Source: Chrysomallon squamiferum (taxonomy: Eukaryota > Animalia > Mollusca). Taken from it: a stretch of 64,000 bases of DNA. Location of the stretch: assembly GCA_012295275.1 (NCBI GenBank), contig CM022669.1, positions 5,828,001 through 5,892,000 on the forward strand, in the 5' to 3' direction. Each line of letters starts with the position of its first letter. Within the stretch, counting starts at the first letter, position 1. A program made the translations under genes and the position numbers. Shown piece by piece: positions 1-52,834 of the stretch. Under the pieces are notes generated by a model that saw only the letters and a list, made by a program, of their open reading frames with translations, searched no databases and was not told where the DNA came from.

Positions 1-359
1 GATTTATTGTAAATTTGATTTAATCTTATGATTAAAAATGCACGAAATTAAATTTCTGTTAATAAACATATATATTTAGTTAATTACGTTAATAAGATCT
101 ATAAACCTTATGAATAACATCGGCAACAAACTTTTATAAACAGCATTCCTAACCAGAAGCAAAAACTTACTATCTTTGTCTAGGATGTAAACAGAGTGTA
201 CCGCTCGCTGTTCCACATTGACAGTGAAAAATCTTTCAATTATCATTAAATCTTAATAAATGAGAGTCAACGCTTGATAGGTTTAACATGCATACATACA
301 CTGTGAAAGCGATTCCTTTGCTCGGGTCTTATCACAGCTGATTTGAAAATAAAGTTTAC

Positions 360-505
360 CTACACAGATGTTCATGTTCGTCTGAAGAGCTTTCCAGAAC
401 GTGAGACCTTTCGTCGCCTGTTACAGACGCGACAATCATTTTTGCAACAATATTTAAAACTAACAAGGTGATGATGTCGTGTCGAAAGACTGTTAGAAAT
501 TTCAT
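360..505 (-). CDS. Possible first coding exon of a secreted or membrane protein whose gene continues leftward
   Basis: ATG at 505 gives MKFLTVFRHDIITLLVLNIVAKMIVASVTGDERSHVLESSSDEHEHLC: a basic N-terminus and hydrophobic core resembling a signal peptide. It ends at a consensus donor AG|GTAAAC (intron starts 359). No homology recognised. Confidence 0.35.
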
Positions 506-689
506 AACAACTTTTAAAGACTCGTCGACCACTTTTACTTCACCTAAAGTGGATGATGCATTTAAGCAGCTATTAAAATCATGGTAATAAGTTTTTACAA
601 CAATACTTAAAAAACCCATCAAACTGACTCCGTTTTTGAAGAATGAATTGCCGACACTTTTACCGTTAGAAATATGCTAAGAACTCTTA

Positions 690-1140
690 AATGCGCCGTA
701 GCCAAGTTTAACTTTATCTAAACGCGATACACCAGTTTGTCTGTAAAATATATGCATGCACTTGGTTTTTCAATCAAAGTATTTAACTACTAATCATCTG
801 TAAAAGATTCGGTTTGATTTTTCTGTACAATCTTTTGGCAGCTCTTAAAGAAACCATATCCAATTTTAACTTTATCTAAACTGGAAACTTCTGGTCATGA
901 ACTACAGTTAATCAGTGTAAGATAAAAAAAAAAAAAAGTATTTAATACTATTGAACTGTTTGTCTGTCTGTTCAGTTTTACTGCAGAAATCCTCTGCTAT
1001 CTCTTTCATATGCTGCAGACAGTTTTAACTTAATCTAAACTCGATACATTTGATCGTCTATTAAATACACTTTAGTGAGTTTAGCAGTTTTGTTTAAAAT
1101 TAACACGTTAATGATCTGTTGAAGACACAGGTATCTAGTT
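690..1140. repeat. Degenerate tandem repeat, ~158 bp period, ~3 copies
   Basis: The motif TTTAACTT(T/A)ATCTAAAC recurs at ~707, ~865 and ~1024, with loosely similar downstream segments. Confidence 0.55.
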
Positions 1141-1322
1141 TCACAATCAGAAACATTTTAATAGTTCTTAAATACGTTTTAGATCGTTTTATTTCATTAA
1201 AACAGTTTTACAATGTTGAATACAGTTCTGCTCTTTAAAAACACATACAAAAAAGGTGCAGCTACTTTTCCTTCACTGGAAATCGAAAGTGCGTGTTTAT
1301 TTATTTATTTATTTAGTTGTTG

Positions 1323-1380
<58 letters not shown>

Positions 1381-3082
1381 CATCATTTTTTTTAAATTCT
1401 TTTTCCAGCAGGTATTTTACGTCAAAAGAAAGAAAGAACCTAATACAGATAAATCTACCCATCAACTGCACTTTACATATTTTAAAATTTGGTCTGTGTT
1501 AAATATGCTCAGTTGTAACGTCTTGTCGATCGTTCTGAAAGTGTCAGTTTATAGCTAAAAGATTCCCTGCTCTCTCCAGAGAACAGGTAAAACATTTAGA
1601 CTGACTCGAGTCTGATAAACACCCTTTACGCTGGAAGCAGTATTCCCCAAAGATATGTTTAGATATGAACTGACTTTGACGACAAGCTGTAATACTTATT
1701 TGAAAGCCACAGCGTCAGTCAGCCAGACTGATTATTTACTGGTATTATCTGCTTCAGGCTGTAGATCTAACATTCATTTAAAATCTTCGTTGTCTGTGGA
1801 ATACAGTTTTATGGAGTTTACAAGTGTTAAAAATGTAGCACTGCACACATAAATGTGTATACACATATACATAAACATACATGCACATACGCATACATCA
1901 TTATACTTGTACTTCAAGATGATTACTAGTACATGTTTTAAGCGACCAGTCTTTGCTGATAATAAAGTATGGTAATTATAATAATGTTATCAAGAAGGAA
2001 GGAGGGTGAGTATCCTTTCCCCACCTTGTAGTAAATATGTAGATACAATAACGTCACCAGCGATATATCAGCTGTGGCTGTTATGACGTATATGATAGAA
2101 TCAGATTGCTATAGTTCATATATCCAGTCCTGAATCAGTCAATTTCAGTTACAGTGAATCATTTGGTTTTTTCAAAAACACAACAAAGATAACAAATGAG
2201 CGCTGCAAATGAGCATAATTCTACCAACGACGTGACATCATTTTTTTTCTCTTTGGGCGTTTATTCATAAAATTACCTTATGTCTGATTATTTTTGAATG
2301 ATAATATTTCAGTAGTACATGATAGAAAGATAAAGTAATACATTATTTATGCTGAATAAATGTTATGAACTTGCGTATTTTGCACTGCGTATACTTTTTG
2401 TGCTATCTGATTTTGCTTTAGGCTGTCGTCGTATTTCAAACTACATAGGCGTTTACACCAGTTTTTACCGGCAAACAAGAAGTCTTTGTATATATCTGTA
2501 ATAACAGAACATTTGAAATGACGCTCATACATGAAAAACATAGTTTACATCGCGGAATACATTTATAATGTTGACATTATCTGCTTGTAATGTGTGTCGG
2601 AACATGTTATTGATAAAAGCTCCGTGTGAATTGTCGACTTGCAAATTTTCTTTGACTGGAGCGCTCTGTGTGTGTGTAATTCCAGCCAATGCGGACCGCT
2701 CTTTTCGCCCCGCTATGCATCGTTATGTCACACGGTCTCGATTTTGTCAGTTTGCCATCTGTAACTGCTTCGTAGTAAGAAAATACGACACAGAATGCGC
2801 CGTACCTTTACAAGATTATCGTGCTCTCTAACACAGCTGCCATGTTTTAACAAATAATACTGCCAGCAGTGGATTGTAAGCAAGAACGGGATCGAGAAGG
2901 GGTCGATTTGGTGCGGGTGGGTTTCATGTACAAATAGCCGCAGCAGCTGGTAATGCTTTAGGGATGAAGTCGTTATCAGAAGGGAAGGTTCAGCGCTTAC
3001 CGTGACAACTACTAATTAATTCCATAGTTCATATACCTTCATTAATTATATTACATTGCAAAAACCCATTGTTATCTATTGA

Positions 3083-3160
<78 letters not shown>

Positions 3161-4979
3161 TACGTAAAATCTTCCAGATATTAAAGACATCATTCATTTG
3201 TACGATCTCGTGCAGTTTTGCAGAAGCGACTTCCGGTGATTGTCATAGATGCACGATTTCGCGAGATAGCGAGGCAGATGTAGAATACAACGCGTTATTA
3301 TCACGAGAACATTAGTTTCTACTTCTATAAATACCTATTCAAACGCACGTAGATATCATTATTATTGTTGGTGCACATTATATTAAATACCAGGCGACTT
3401 TCAAAGTTCACCTGCAGCACGTTTTGGGTTATCACTGAGAGACTGACATTCGGTTCACTTGTCAAAAAATAATAATTCTGTATCTAAGTCGGTCACGTAT
3501 TTAAGCTGTGTGACCTTATGGTACGTGCACGCCTTTTGTGGGCGTGTTTATATCCGTCGTCAGCAACAGAAAGAGAAGAAAGGGAATGGGGGAAGCAGAC
3601 TGAAAAAAAAAAAAAAGGTTGAAAGAACGATGAAAAGAGAAAAGATTATTATAATAATCATAATAAAATGAAGAATAAAGAAATGAAAACTAGAATGAAA
3701 CAAAAGAAACAATGAATTTTTTTTCAGTAATAACAACAAAAAAATAATAATAAAGTAATAATAATAATAATAATTTCAAAAAAAAAAAAAAAAAAAATAG
3801 TTAAAATTAAAATTAAATAAATAAATAAATAAATTAGAAAGAAAGAAAAATAACGGAAGAAAAAATATCTTCTTTCCGAATCAGTCACATAGAAAGCTAA
3901 TTATAAAAAGCTAATTATTTTTAATGTTTTGTTATTTTACAGTTTGAACACTTTTTTTTTGTATCTTGTAACACTCAAAGCATAACTTTTTAGTACTCTC
4001 TGTTCTCTGATCTCGGATCACTTTAATACAAATGTGAATCATTCAAGTACACATTAAAAACGTTTTAAACTTTATTTTTAAAAGAGTTTGCTTACATGTT
4101 AAACACTCAAAACAGTTTTTTTTTTTGGATTTTTTTGCATTGTTGTTGTTTGTTTTTTTTTTTTTTTTCTTTCTTTCTTTCCTTTTCTTTATTATGTACC
4201 TTTTTTCTCTGCTTTTTTTTTTTTGATTTGTTGTTTATTTATTTATTTATTTTGATTAACTAGTCAATGCTTAATTTGAATCGATACCCAATTATTGCGT
4301 TTAATATTCGAAGAAAAACTTATGCGATTTTTCGATTTCATTTTTTACAGACTTTGCATATATATGTTTGTAACAGTCAGAAGAGTTGATATTTTATATT
4401 TTATTGCACACTAGAATGTTTACTTTTTATAGCGATTTCCATTACAAAAGCGTGTAAAACGTAAAGCATTTATTTATTTATTATAAAGCTTTAATTTTTA
4501 TTTTCTTACATAGGTTTATAAAACAGAGATTGTTTTTTTTTTGTGTACAGTATACATTTTGGTGTTATAAAGTTTCTTTACATAATAATGACGTGTAAAA
4601 GCAGTTTTGTTAAATAACGTTTTCGACTTCACTTTTACGAGTTTGTATACATTTATAATATGCTGCCGTCCATTTTTTTTTAATTATTATTATTATTTTT
4701 TTTTTTTTGTATTAAAATTATACTTCTTCATTATTATTATTGTTGTTGTTGTTGGTGGTGGTGGTGGTGGTGGTGGTGGTGGTAGTGGTGGTGTTATTAT
4801 TATTGTTGTTGCTGTTGTTATTATTGATGTTTTTATTGTTGTTGTTCTTCAGTGCACAAAATCTTTAGTCTTAACAGGAATTATTTACATAACAATACAG
4901 CGTGTAAGAATCGAGGCAGATTTCTGAGTTTGCACTCTGTGTGCGTGTGTGTGTGTGTGTGTGTAAGTGTGTATTACAC

Positions 4980-5460
4980 ACGACTCGCCGCAAAAAGTTG
5001 CTGGGTTTTAACACTCGACGTGTGATATTTTGACCTAACCAAGTGGAATCCAGTCTGCTGGGTTGATCTGTTCCTTGTTATAACTCACAATTCACGAGCA
5101 GCTAAAAATAATCAACTCGCGAGGCGCGGTGCCAAAAACAGTTATCGTCTGCTTCACACAACAACAACAACCCGCTCTTTTCCCCCGTTTCTTTTCTTTA
5201 TTTCGTGAAATCCCGTCTTCGGGTTTTTTGTGTAGCGGCGAGACGTGAGCGCGTGGCCGGCGACAACGTCATCCTTGCCGCGCGGTTAGCCGATAAGACG
5301 TTCGTACAGACGGCTACAGATAGGGTTACGCCGACTGGTAAATTGTCAGCTTTGTGTGATTACCTGGGAATTAAACGTCCGACATCAGATACGACGCTAT
5401 AAATTATTCCCACCAGTGATTAATTGTTTTCGTTTCGTTTTCTCGCGACATTGCGACATT
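4980..5460 (+). promoter_or_regulatory. CpG-rich patch, candidate ADAMTS promoter or non-coding first exon
   Basis: Local GC/CpG enrichment in AT-rich surroundings, ~2 kb upstream of the first secure ADAMTS exon. Donor-like CTG|GTAAAT at 5337/5338. Confidence 0.4.
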
Positions 5461-5475
5461 TATGTTTCTCCTTCC

Positions 5476-5511
<36 letters not shown>

Positions 5512-6228
5512 AAACTATCCATCTTTTGTTATATTTTTCTTAATGTACCTGTTTCTCGGACTTTTTTTTTTTAAATTATGTATAAAGTTTTGTTGTAATA
5601 TTATGAAGGTTAAATAAATATTCTTTCCTTATCGCCTATAACAATACATTCGTCTGCTTGTTCGTTTGTTTGTCTGCCCGTCTACAAGAAACGTGCCTCT
5701 TTAGTGTTGTAACCGATTAAAATTTGTATGTATTTAGATCCGTTGTCTCGTCTTTCTCTGAGTTAATACGTATATAACGGCCGTCTTAAATATCTGACAG
5801 TAAGAGGTAGAGATGAACATTTGTACTGGATGAATGTTTAATAAAAACCAGTTTTGTTTTCGTTGGTTTTCGTTAGTTTGTGGTTTGTTTAATTTTTTTG
5901 ATTTTGATTTGGCGGGCGATGAACGCGGTTATAACGCGAGCAGTTTTGACGTTTAACCAGTGTAGAAGACTGGATACATTAACAATGTCTATATCTTTTC
6001 ACCTGTTTTTCTCTCTTTATCTCAAACAACACATGCGATTGAGAAGGCGGTAGAAATTCTAACGTTGGCCAGCATGACGACTATATATTATGATCTGACT
6101 GACACTGCGGTCGGCGTACAACAACAAATGTAACATTTTACTGCGACGTTTGCCCCCAGTTGGAGGTGTTTAAACGAACAATCAAAACCAAGTCGTTTTT
6201 TTTCTTCTGCTGGGCAGGTTGTAGAAGA

Positions 6229-6310
6229 ATGAGAAATATTCTTCTCTTGTTTGTCTAGATCCTAACGTTAAAGGCGGTGGCCTCTTCATACATAACTTCA
6301 ATGAGATATG
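6229..6310 (+). CDS. Candidate ADAMTS signal-peptide exon, contains in-frame TAG at 6256-6258
   Basis: Reads MRNILLLFV*ILTLKAVASSYITSMRY. Ends at donor G|GTATGT in phase 1, which the next exon at 7542 requires. Confidence 0.35.
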
Positions 6311-7541
6311 GTATGTACACAAATTGAAGACGACTTTTTATGGCGCTGTAAAACGCTCTCGAACAGCTTTCAAAAACGACTGCATCTATCCGATATACTT
6401 GTCTTTTTTTTCACATTTCTACTCGAACTAAGACAGTTGTCACATAAACATATGTTAACTCGGCTTAACAAACAAATGGTGTTTTGAAAATTACTTGGAA
6501 ATGAGCTTTGCTAGTGTTTAAATAGCAAGTACATGAAGAAGAGAATTTCTCTCACAATATTTGCCTAGTGGCCATGACATACTTGTTATATATGCTGAGC
6601 TTTTTTATTTATGGAGAGAACTTCTGGATCACTGGATATTTCATAATCACATGATGTAAAATTGAGTGTCGAAATTTATGTAAGACAAATGATGTTATAC
6701 GTACATCTCCACAATAATTATCTCGCTATTAAAATAAATATATATTAAACATTACAGAAAGGAAACTCGCTTCAGTATATCGATTAGCAGCACAATAGCT
6801 TATACTGTCACTGAGTGTAAATGTTGTAAACATAACCCCATTTTAAACAGTTATGTGGTAATGAGTGAAACGGAAAAGATTCGATTCCATTAATAATAAT
6901 AATAATAATAACAACAACAAAATACCCACAACAACAAAATCACCAACAACAACAATAACAGCAGTAATAAAAATAATAATAGTAACAATAAGAAGAAGAA
7001 GAAGAATCATACGATGAGCTTTGTTTTAGTATTCGAAAATGACTATCCAAGTCTCCAGGAATTATTATTTCTTCCTTAAACCAGAATTACTCTTTTTCAG
7101 TGTATTACTTAATAACAGATACATTCTGCCCGTAAAATGTCTTTTGTTATACCGATCCAACTTTAGTCCGAGAAAAAGCAAATCGAAGGCCATTGACTTT
7201 TGGAAAGTGTATATAAATAATTATTTGCTGTTAAGACAAATGGGCTTCGGCGACGGAAAGTTAACTGTTAAAATCAAAGATGAATATCGAGTAAATGTTA
7301 GTCTATTCATTCGTAAAGTTTTCGATAGTCGCCCCATTTGTGTGACATTTATAAGACAGAAATAATACTTTCTTTGATATATAAGTAAAAACAAATACAT
7401 TCTAAGGCAACAGCGGCTGTATTAAGTTAGTACATTTTCCTTCCTAATATATTTAGATTGCCTAAACATTAAAATTTAATGTGCAATAATAATTGACCTG
7501 TTTTGTAATTATCGTTGATTGTTATTATTTTTTTTTTTCAG

Positions 7542-47327
<39,786 letters not shown>

Positions 47328-48299
47328 CAGCAGCTCCTGGAGTAGAAGCTCTAATACTTGACTCATGCTCAATCACACAACGCATTTTCAGGTAGAAAAA
47401 CAAAACTAAAACCCAGATCAGTCTTGGATCATCAAATAATGAAGACTTGTGCACAGTCGCAAACAAACACACCAGACTGTTTGGAAGAGCTGGTTAGATT
47501 GGGAAATAAAGCGAATTCCAAAGAAAATACTGAAGAATGGTTTAATAACAATGTTCATGTCTTGTGATTACTGGAAATGTTTTGGAAGTTTGTAATTATT
47601 TGAACAATGAATTTTTGAAGAAATTGGTTGCGATATTTATACTGACTCGGAACCAATAAATCATTTCACTAATTCACAGGAATTAGCAATTTAAAATATT
47701 CTTAAATGTTTTTTCTTCATTATAATCATCCCATTAACACTGACTAGAATTGTTTTGAAGACAAAAAAAAAAAAAACTGTCATTCAAAATGTCAACATAA
47801 CAAGTTTTGACAGATAAAAACAAACAAAAAACTTTGTTTGGAACTTACTAGACAATGCCTCAAAGTGTTTGCTGGATAGCACTGTAAAATATCAACTCTG
47901 TGTTAACACAGTGAATTAACAAACTGTTTTTTGACTTGTTTTTACAAAGCTGCAAGCTAGCAACCACAGCTACTGTGTGTTTGTTTTCACCACATTTTTA
48001 AACTCTCAGAATATTTACAATCTTTTTTTTTTTTTTTTTAGCTGTTACTCAGTTAAAACGCAGACTGTTGTATCAACTGAGGACAAAATAATATGATGAT
48101 TTCTTTTAAACTGTAGGAAACATGCAGAGGAAGACAAAACTTTTGACATTTTCTCTGTTTACTTCGACTGAATGTATCTATCTGTACAAACTCTGCCAGA
48201 TACAACACTGTACATTTCAGCTGAAACATCGTACAAGTATTAATAACTCCTCAGTGATTTTTTAAAATCTTCAGTGGATAATAATAATAACTGATAACA

Positions 48300-48720
48300 T
48301 GGGATAATGTACCTAGAGTTGAATAAAACATTTTATGTTGTATTCTTGTGTTTACCAGATATTAATAGAATATGCTTTGTATTGTACATTTGCCATATGT
48401 TCACTAAAATATGTTTAATGCTGTACACTTTTTACCAAATGCTAATTAAAACATATTTTAATATTGAATACTGTTTACCAAACATTAACAAAACTCTTTA
48501 CATTTTAAAGATATTTCTTAAACTTTTCACAAAAATGTTTTATATTGTCGCTGATGTTTGCCGAACATTTTCTGAAATGTTTCTGACTATACAGCCAAGT
48601 TTATCAAATGTAAGCTAAAACATGTTTTGTGTACTCAAATATACCAAACTTTCTCTAAAACAAGCTTTATATGCTGAAATTAACAAATGTTCTTTAAAAC
48701 ATGTTTTACGTACATATAAT
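48300..48720. repeat. Degenerate ~41-bp minisatellite downstream of the ADAMTS stop codon
   Basis: Recurring AAAACATGTTT...TTTACCAAA-like unit, roughly 10 copies. Confidence 0.6.
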
Positions 48721-48804
48721 ACATAATGTAAATATGTAATGTTGTAGATTTTCACTAGGATGGCTGACTTCAGTGTGAATGTTTCAACACTGATAGCATA
48801 GACC

Positions 48805-49044
48805 CAGGGTGGGCAACTGTCTCCAACAGCAACAGGAAGTCAGACAGCCTAGACACTTCAGCAAAATTATCTTCACCAGCATTTTGACTGTAATTATAAT
48901 AAATTGTTTTCTAATCCATTCTGAAAATGATTCACTAAGTTTTATCTTCTTTGTAGATTTAATCTTACTTATAATTTGTTCCTCCATATCTAAACAGAAT
49001 TGAACAAAAAAAACCCTATACAAAGAACCTGTTGTCCACCCATG
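48805..49044. mobile_element. Putative hAT/Charlie-like MITE, ~240 bp
   Basis: Imperfect TIRs CAGGGTGGGCAAC and GTTGTCCACCCATG. Both flanks contain TAGA, loosely like the NTCTAGAN Charlie target. Confidence 0.45.
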
Positions 49045-50596
49045 ATGTAGATTAATTCACAAAAAATAAATTATATTGTATACCAATTTTGGAATAATTA
49101 TTATTATTAATGCCTACTTTAAGCAAAACAGTGCACTAAAAGCAGTGCACTTAAAGGAGCTTAAAATAATGTCTTCTTTTTAAAAAAAATATTATTTTTG
49201 AATGTATTCATTAGTTACTGTTGTGGAAAAACAAATACATTTAAAAAATAAAAAATTTCATGTTTTTTTCTACACATTTAATATGACTTTTGCACTTAAA
49301 AAATAAATAATAAGAAATTAAAAAAATATATATAATAACATAAAAAAAAGGGAGGAGGCAGAAAACATTTAAGAACCACAATTTGTCAGTTTTTATATTT
49401 ATAATACACAATAGATTTTATCACAATAAGAGAGAATTAAAGTTCAAATGTGGCAATCTCTGTATGTTTTAAAATGGTTGTCACTCATGTATAGTTGCAA
49501 ATATTACAAAAACATTATTTCTCTATTTTGTGATTGCAACTTTTGTTTCTTTTTTTATTTATGTAGTTAGTGTTTACATTCCTTTGGTATGTTTGGTTGT
49601 TTACATATTTGTTTAGATTCACTGCACAGTTTGTGGTTAAGTTCTTTATACAGGTACTAGCACAGATTTCAAAAGAATCAGCAGAGAACAGAAACATACA
49701 GAGAAATTTGTATGGTTTTAAAACACGGAAGTGAGCATAAAAAGTGGAGGAAATTGAAAACAAGTACAAAATGTTGGAGCGCCAAGAATGGAGGAAAGTA
49801 CAATGACAGGTTATGATGAATAAGTTAGAAAGAAGAAAATTATGAATTGTGACTATAAAATGTTTTGTTTGTTGAAAAATCACTTCTTTGGAAGGAAAAA
49901 AAAATCATTTCCACAGATTTAATGTGTTTATTTTGTGTACAGCTTGTCTTTTTGTTTTTTCCATTCACTTATTAATTGATAATAGAGAAAATTCTTTTAT
50001 AAACCTAAATCAGGTGACAGACATATAAGATATTTAAATTAGGTGGCTTTAATATTTCATAATTTTTTATGTTTCAAGCCATATAAATACATGTATGTAG
50101 AATGTTATCTATAATAAAACATTAATTCTACTTTTTTAATCTTTACATCAAAGAAATATTATAATTTCCTGTGGTCAAAACATACATTTACATCCATGCA
50201 AATTTAAGAAATATTCCAGAATAAAAAAAGAAATAACAAACATATACAATTTCACAGTTTATTTACATTGTATCTGTAAAGTTTGTACAAAATTTCAATT
50301 ATTATCTTATACATTTACTACTAAATGACAAATGTTACCTTTAAAATAAAACCACTTACTTCAAATTTTAACACTCTTTTTTCAGCACTTGTACAGACTG
50401 TATAAAGAATTATAATAAATACTTTTCTGAAACTTAAAATAAATTTGGCTAACAATATTAATGTCAAAAATGACTTGTATACTGAAATGTCATTAACATA
50501 TTTACTGGGTTTGCAGACAAAGAATACTCTGAATGTGAATAAAAATCATAAATCACTAAACGCAAAAAGTCTGTTAAGTTTAGACAAAAGTCTCCA

Positions 50597-52803
50597 TCAC
50601 TTTGTAGAAATTCTTGTCTTTGTATTCCATGAGAAATTTGCTCCATAAGATTTCTTTTTTGGAGTGGGTCTGTGTTCATTTTCTATGAAGTAATCCCAAC
50701 CTGAAAATACAAGATAAACATTTCATCAACTGCTGACCCTTCAAGTTACAATACAAATGAAATTTTGAATCAGAAGAAATTCAATTTTATACATGTTATA
50801 TTTCAAATTTAAAAAAGAAGGCAAGGAAATGTATTGTTGTTATGTGTTAATTCTGAATTGACTGAATTAAATCATCTTTCCAAAGGCACTCTTAGGTCTG
50901 ATCAAAAGCATTCTGACTATTTCACTCACTCTCTTTCTTTATATGTAATTTGTCAAGATTCACATTTAAAAATATGTTTTGCCAATATTATATATATTAA
51001 TATGATAATTAATTTATTCTGAAAAAGAGGCATTGGTGGACAAAACCACCTTACTGTTCATTCTCAAAATCCCACATGCTCCAGTTTGATTATTAGCCAA
51101 AGCAGAAATTATAACAGTACAATATCATTTTCCAAACAGTTATTTTCCTCTTTTTGTTTCTGAAACTGAAATACAACAGACAGCTCTGGGTGTGATCTCT
51201 GCACTGCTAAAACATTTTGCCTTCACAGAGCTGCCACTTCCAGACAAAAAAGATGAGTGAGTGTGTCACAATCCAAACTTTTATTCCCCATTTGTGCGAT
51301 TAGGAGGGTTAGTACCGAAGTAGTTTTGTTCTACATGTGAAATGAGTAAGTTTCATCAACTGAGACTTCTCTATGTGGATAACAGAAGACAAAGACTCAA
51401 GTTTAGATTTGTCAGAGCATCAGATCTTTATTATTTGCTGCATATAGAAATGCCAGAAGATTTGAAAATCTCTTCCTGATCATTAAGCTTCTGAAGGCCT
51501 CAAGATTAATGAGGTTAAGCTCCAAAAAACTACTCAAACAAAACTTACTGAATGATATTATGAAAGTTAAAAAGTGTGCTAATGCACCTGCACAGAATTA
51601 ATAAATATAGGATGTGACATCACTGAGTAAAAATAGGCAAAAGGAAGAAACCAGGAAAGTCTCCTCATCTCTCGACTGATGTTGCTGGTGGAGTTTAACA
51701 TTAGCATGAGGCATCATTAGAGTTAATTATCTGTTTCTTATTTACAACAGTCTTTGCTATTCTCTTCTCTTTTAAATAAACTTTCCATTTACAGTTTGTT
51801 ATAAGATGTCCCTTCATTTGCATCTAATTAGAAGATAAAGATATCATGAAGCACCAGTTCAGATGATATTAATAAGTTTGTGTAGCATTTTAAAGTCTGA
51901 TTATGTGTAGCATTTTAAAGACTGATTACGTGTAACAGTAAAACTTACCATTCTGTTCACAGTAAACCATAGCATCTTCCTTTGTAGTGAAGTCTACATT
52001 TAATGATGACAAAGGATCAGCTCTATAAATAAAAATACACATGTAAAGAAAATTAACATAAATGAAAGAAAATGAAATTTGTTTAAAAGGATTAAAATCT
52101 TTAAAAGGAAACCTTAAAAATACTGAAGACTCACTCTCTCTGACTTTAAATTACATCCACGTTCAAATAAGATTTTTATTTTAATAATTAATTAATTGAA
52201 TTATTTGAAATATGTTGCAAATTAGTCATTCCAACTTCAAAACAAAAACTAAATTTTATGAATTTCAAGAACTTCTTGTTTCGTAATTAATCTGAGATTA
52301 ATTTCCTATATAAACGTAACTGCTAACCAGCAGGTGATGCTGGACATTACAACAACTGAGTGTTTTGTGAAAAAAACCAGCTTAAAACGTGACAAATGTT
52401 AACTGTGACTCACGTAGATGTCCAGCCCATCAGTGGGTTTTCCCACCTCTCTTTTGCATCAAACTCAATTTTCCAGCCACGAGTGCCGTGAGTTCCAGAC
52501 TGCATGGCATTCCGAGCTGGAACATAAATCCTCACCTTTCTGGTCTTCAGCTGTTCATTAGGAATACCATTTAGTGGTGAAAGATCAACCTAAGGCAGAA
52601 AAAGAAATGATTTATTTACATGTGTGTGTACATCTGCATTATATAGTATACATAATACATTTAATACTCACGAGAAAATGCTATGAAAAAAGAAAAAAAC
52701 ATTTTTTAAATTAAAATTGTTTAATGATGGGGACTTAACTATTCATCTGAAATATTATTAAAACATTTATTAATAAAAGAAAACCCTAATAAAATAATTA
52801 AAC

Positions 52804-52834
<31 letters not shown>

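Noticed and set aside
295-350. miR-2-like seed TATCACAGC with upstream CTGTGA
   Set aside because: Only 6 bp pair; no extended pre-miRNA stem.
5205-5337. GTG-start ORF ending at a phase-1 donor, as ADAMTS coding exon 1
   Set aside because: No ATG and no hydrophobic signal peptide; more plausibly UTR.
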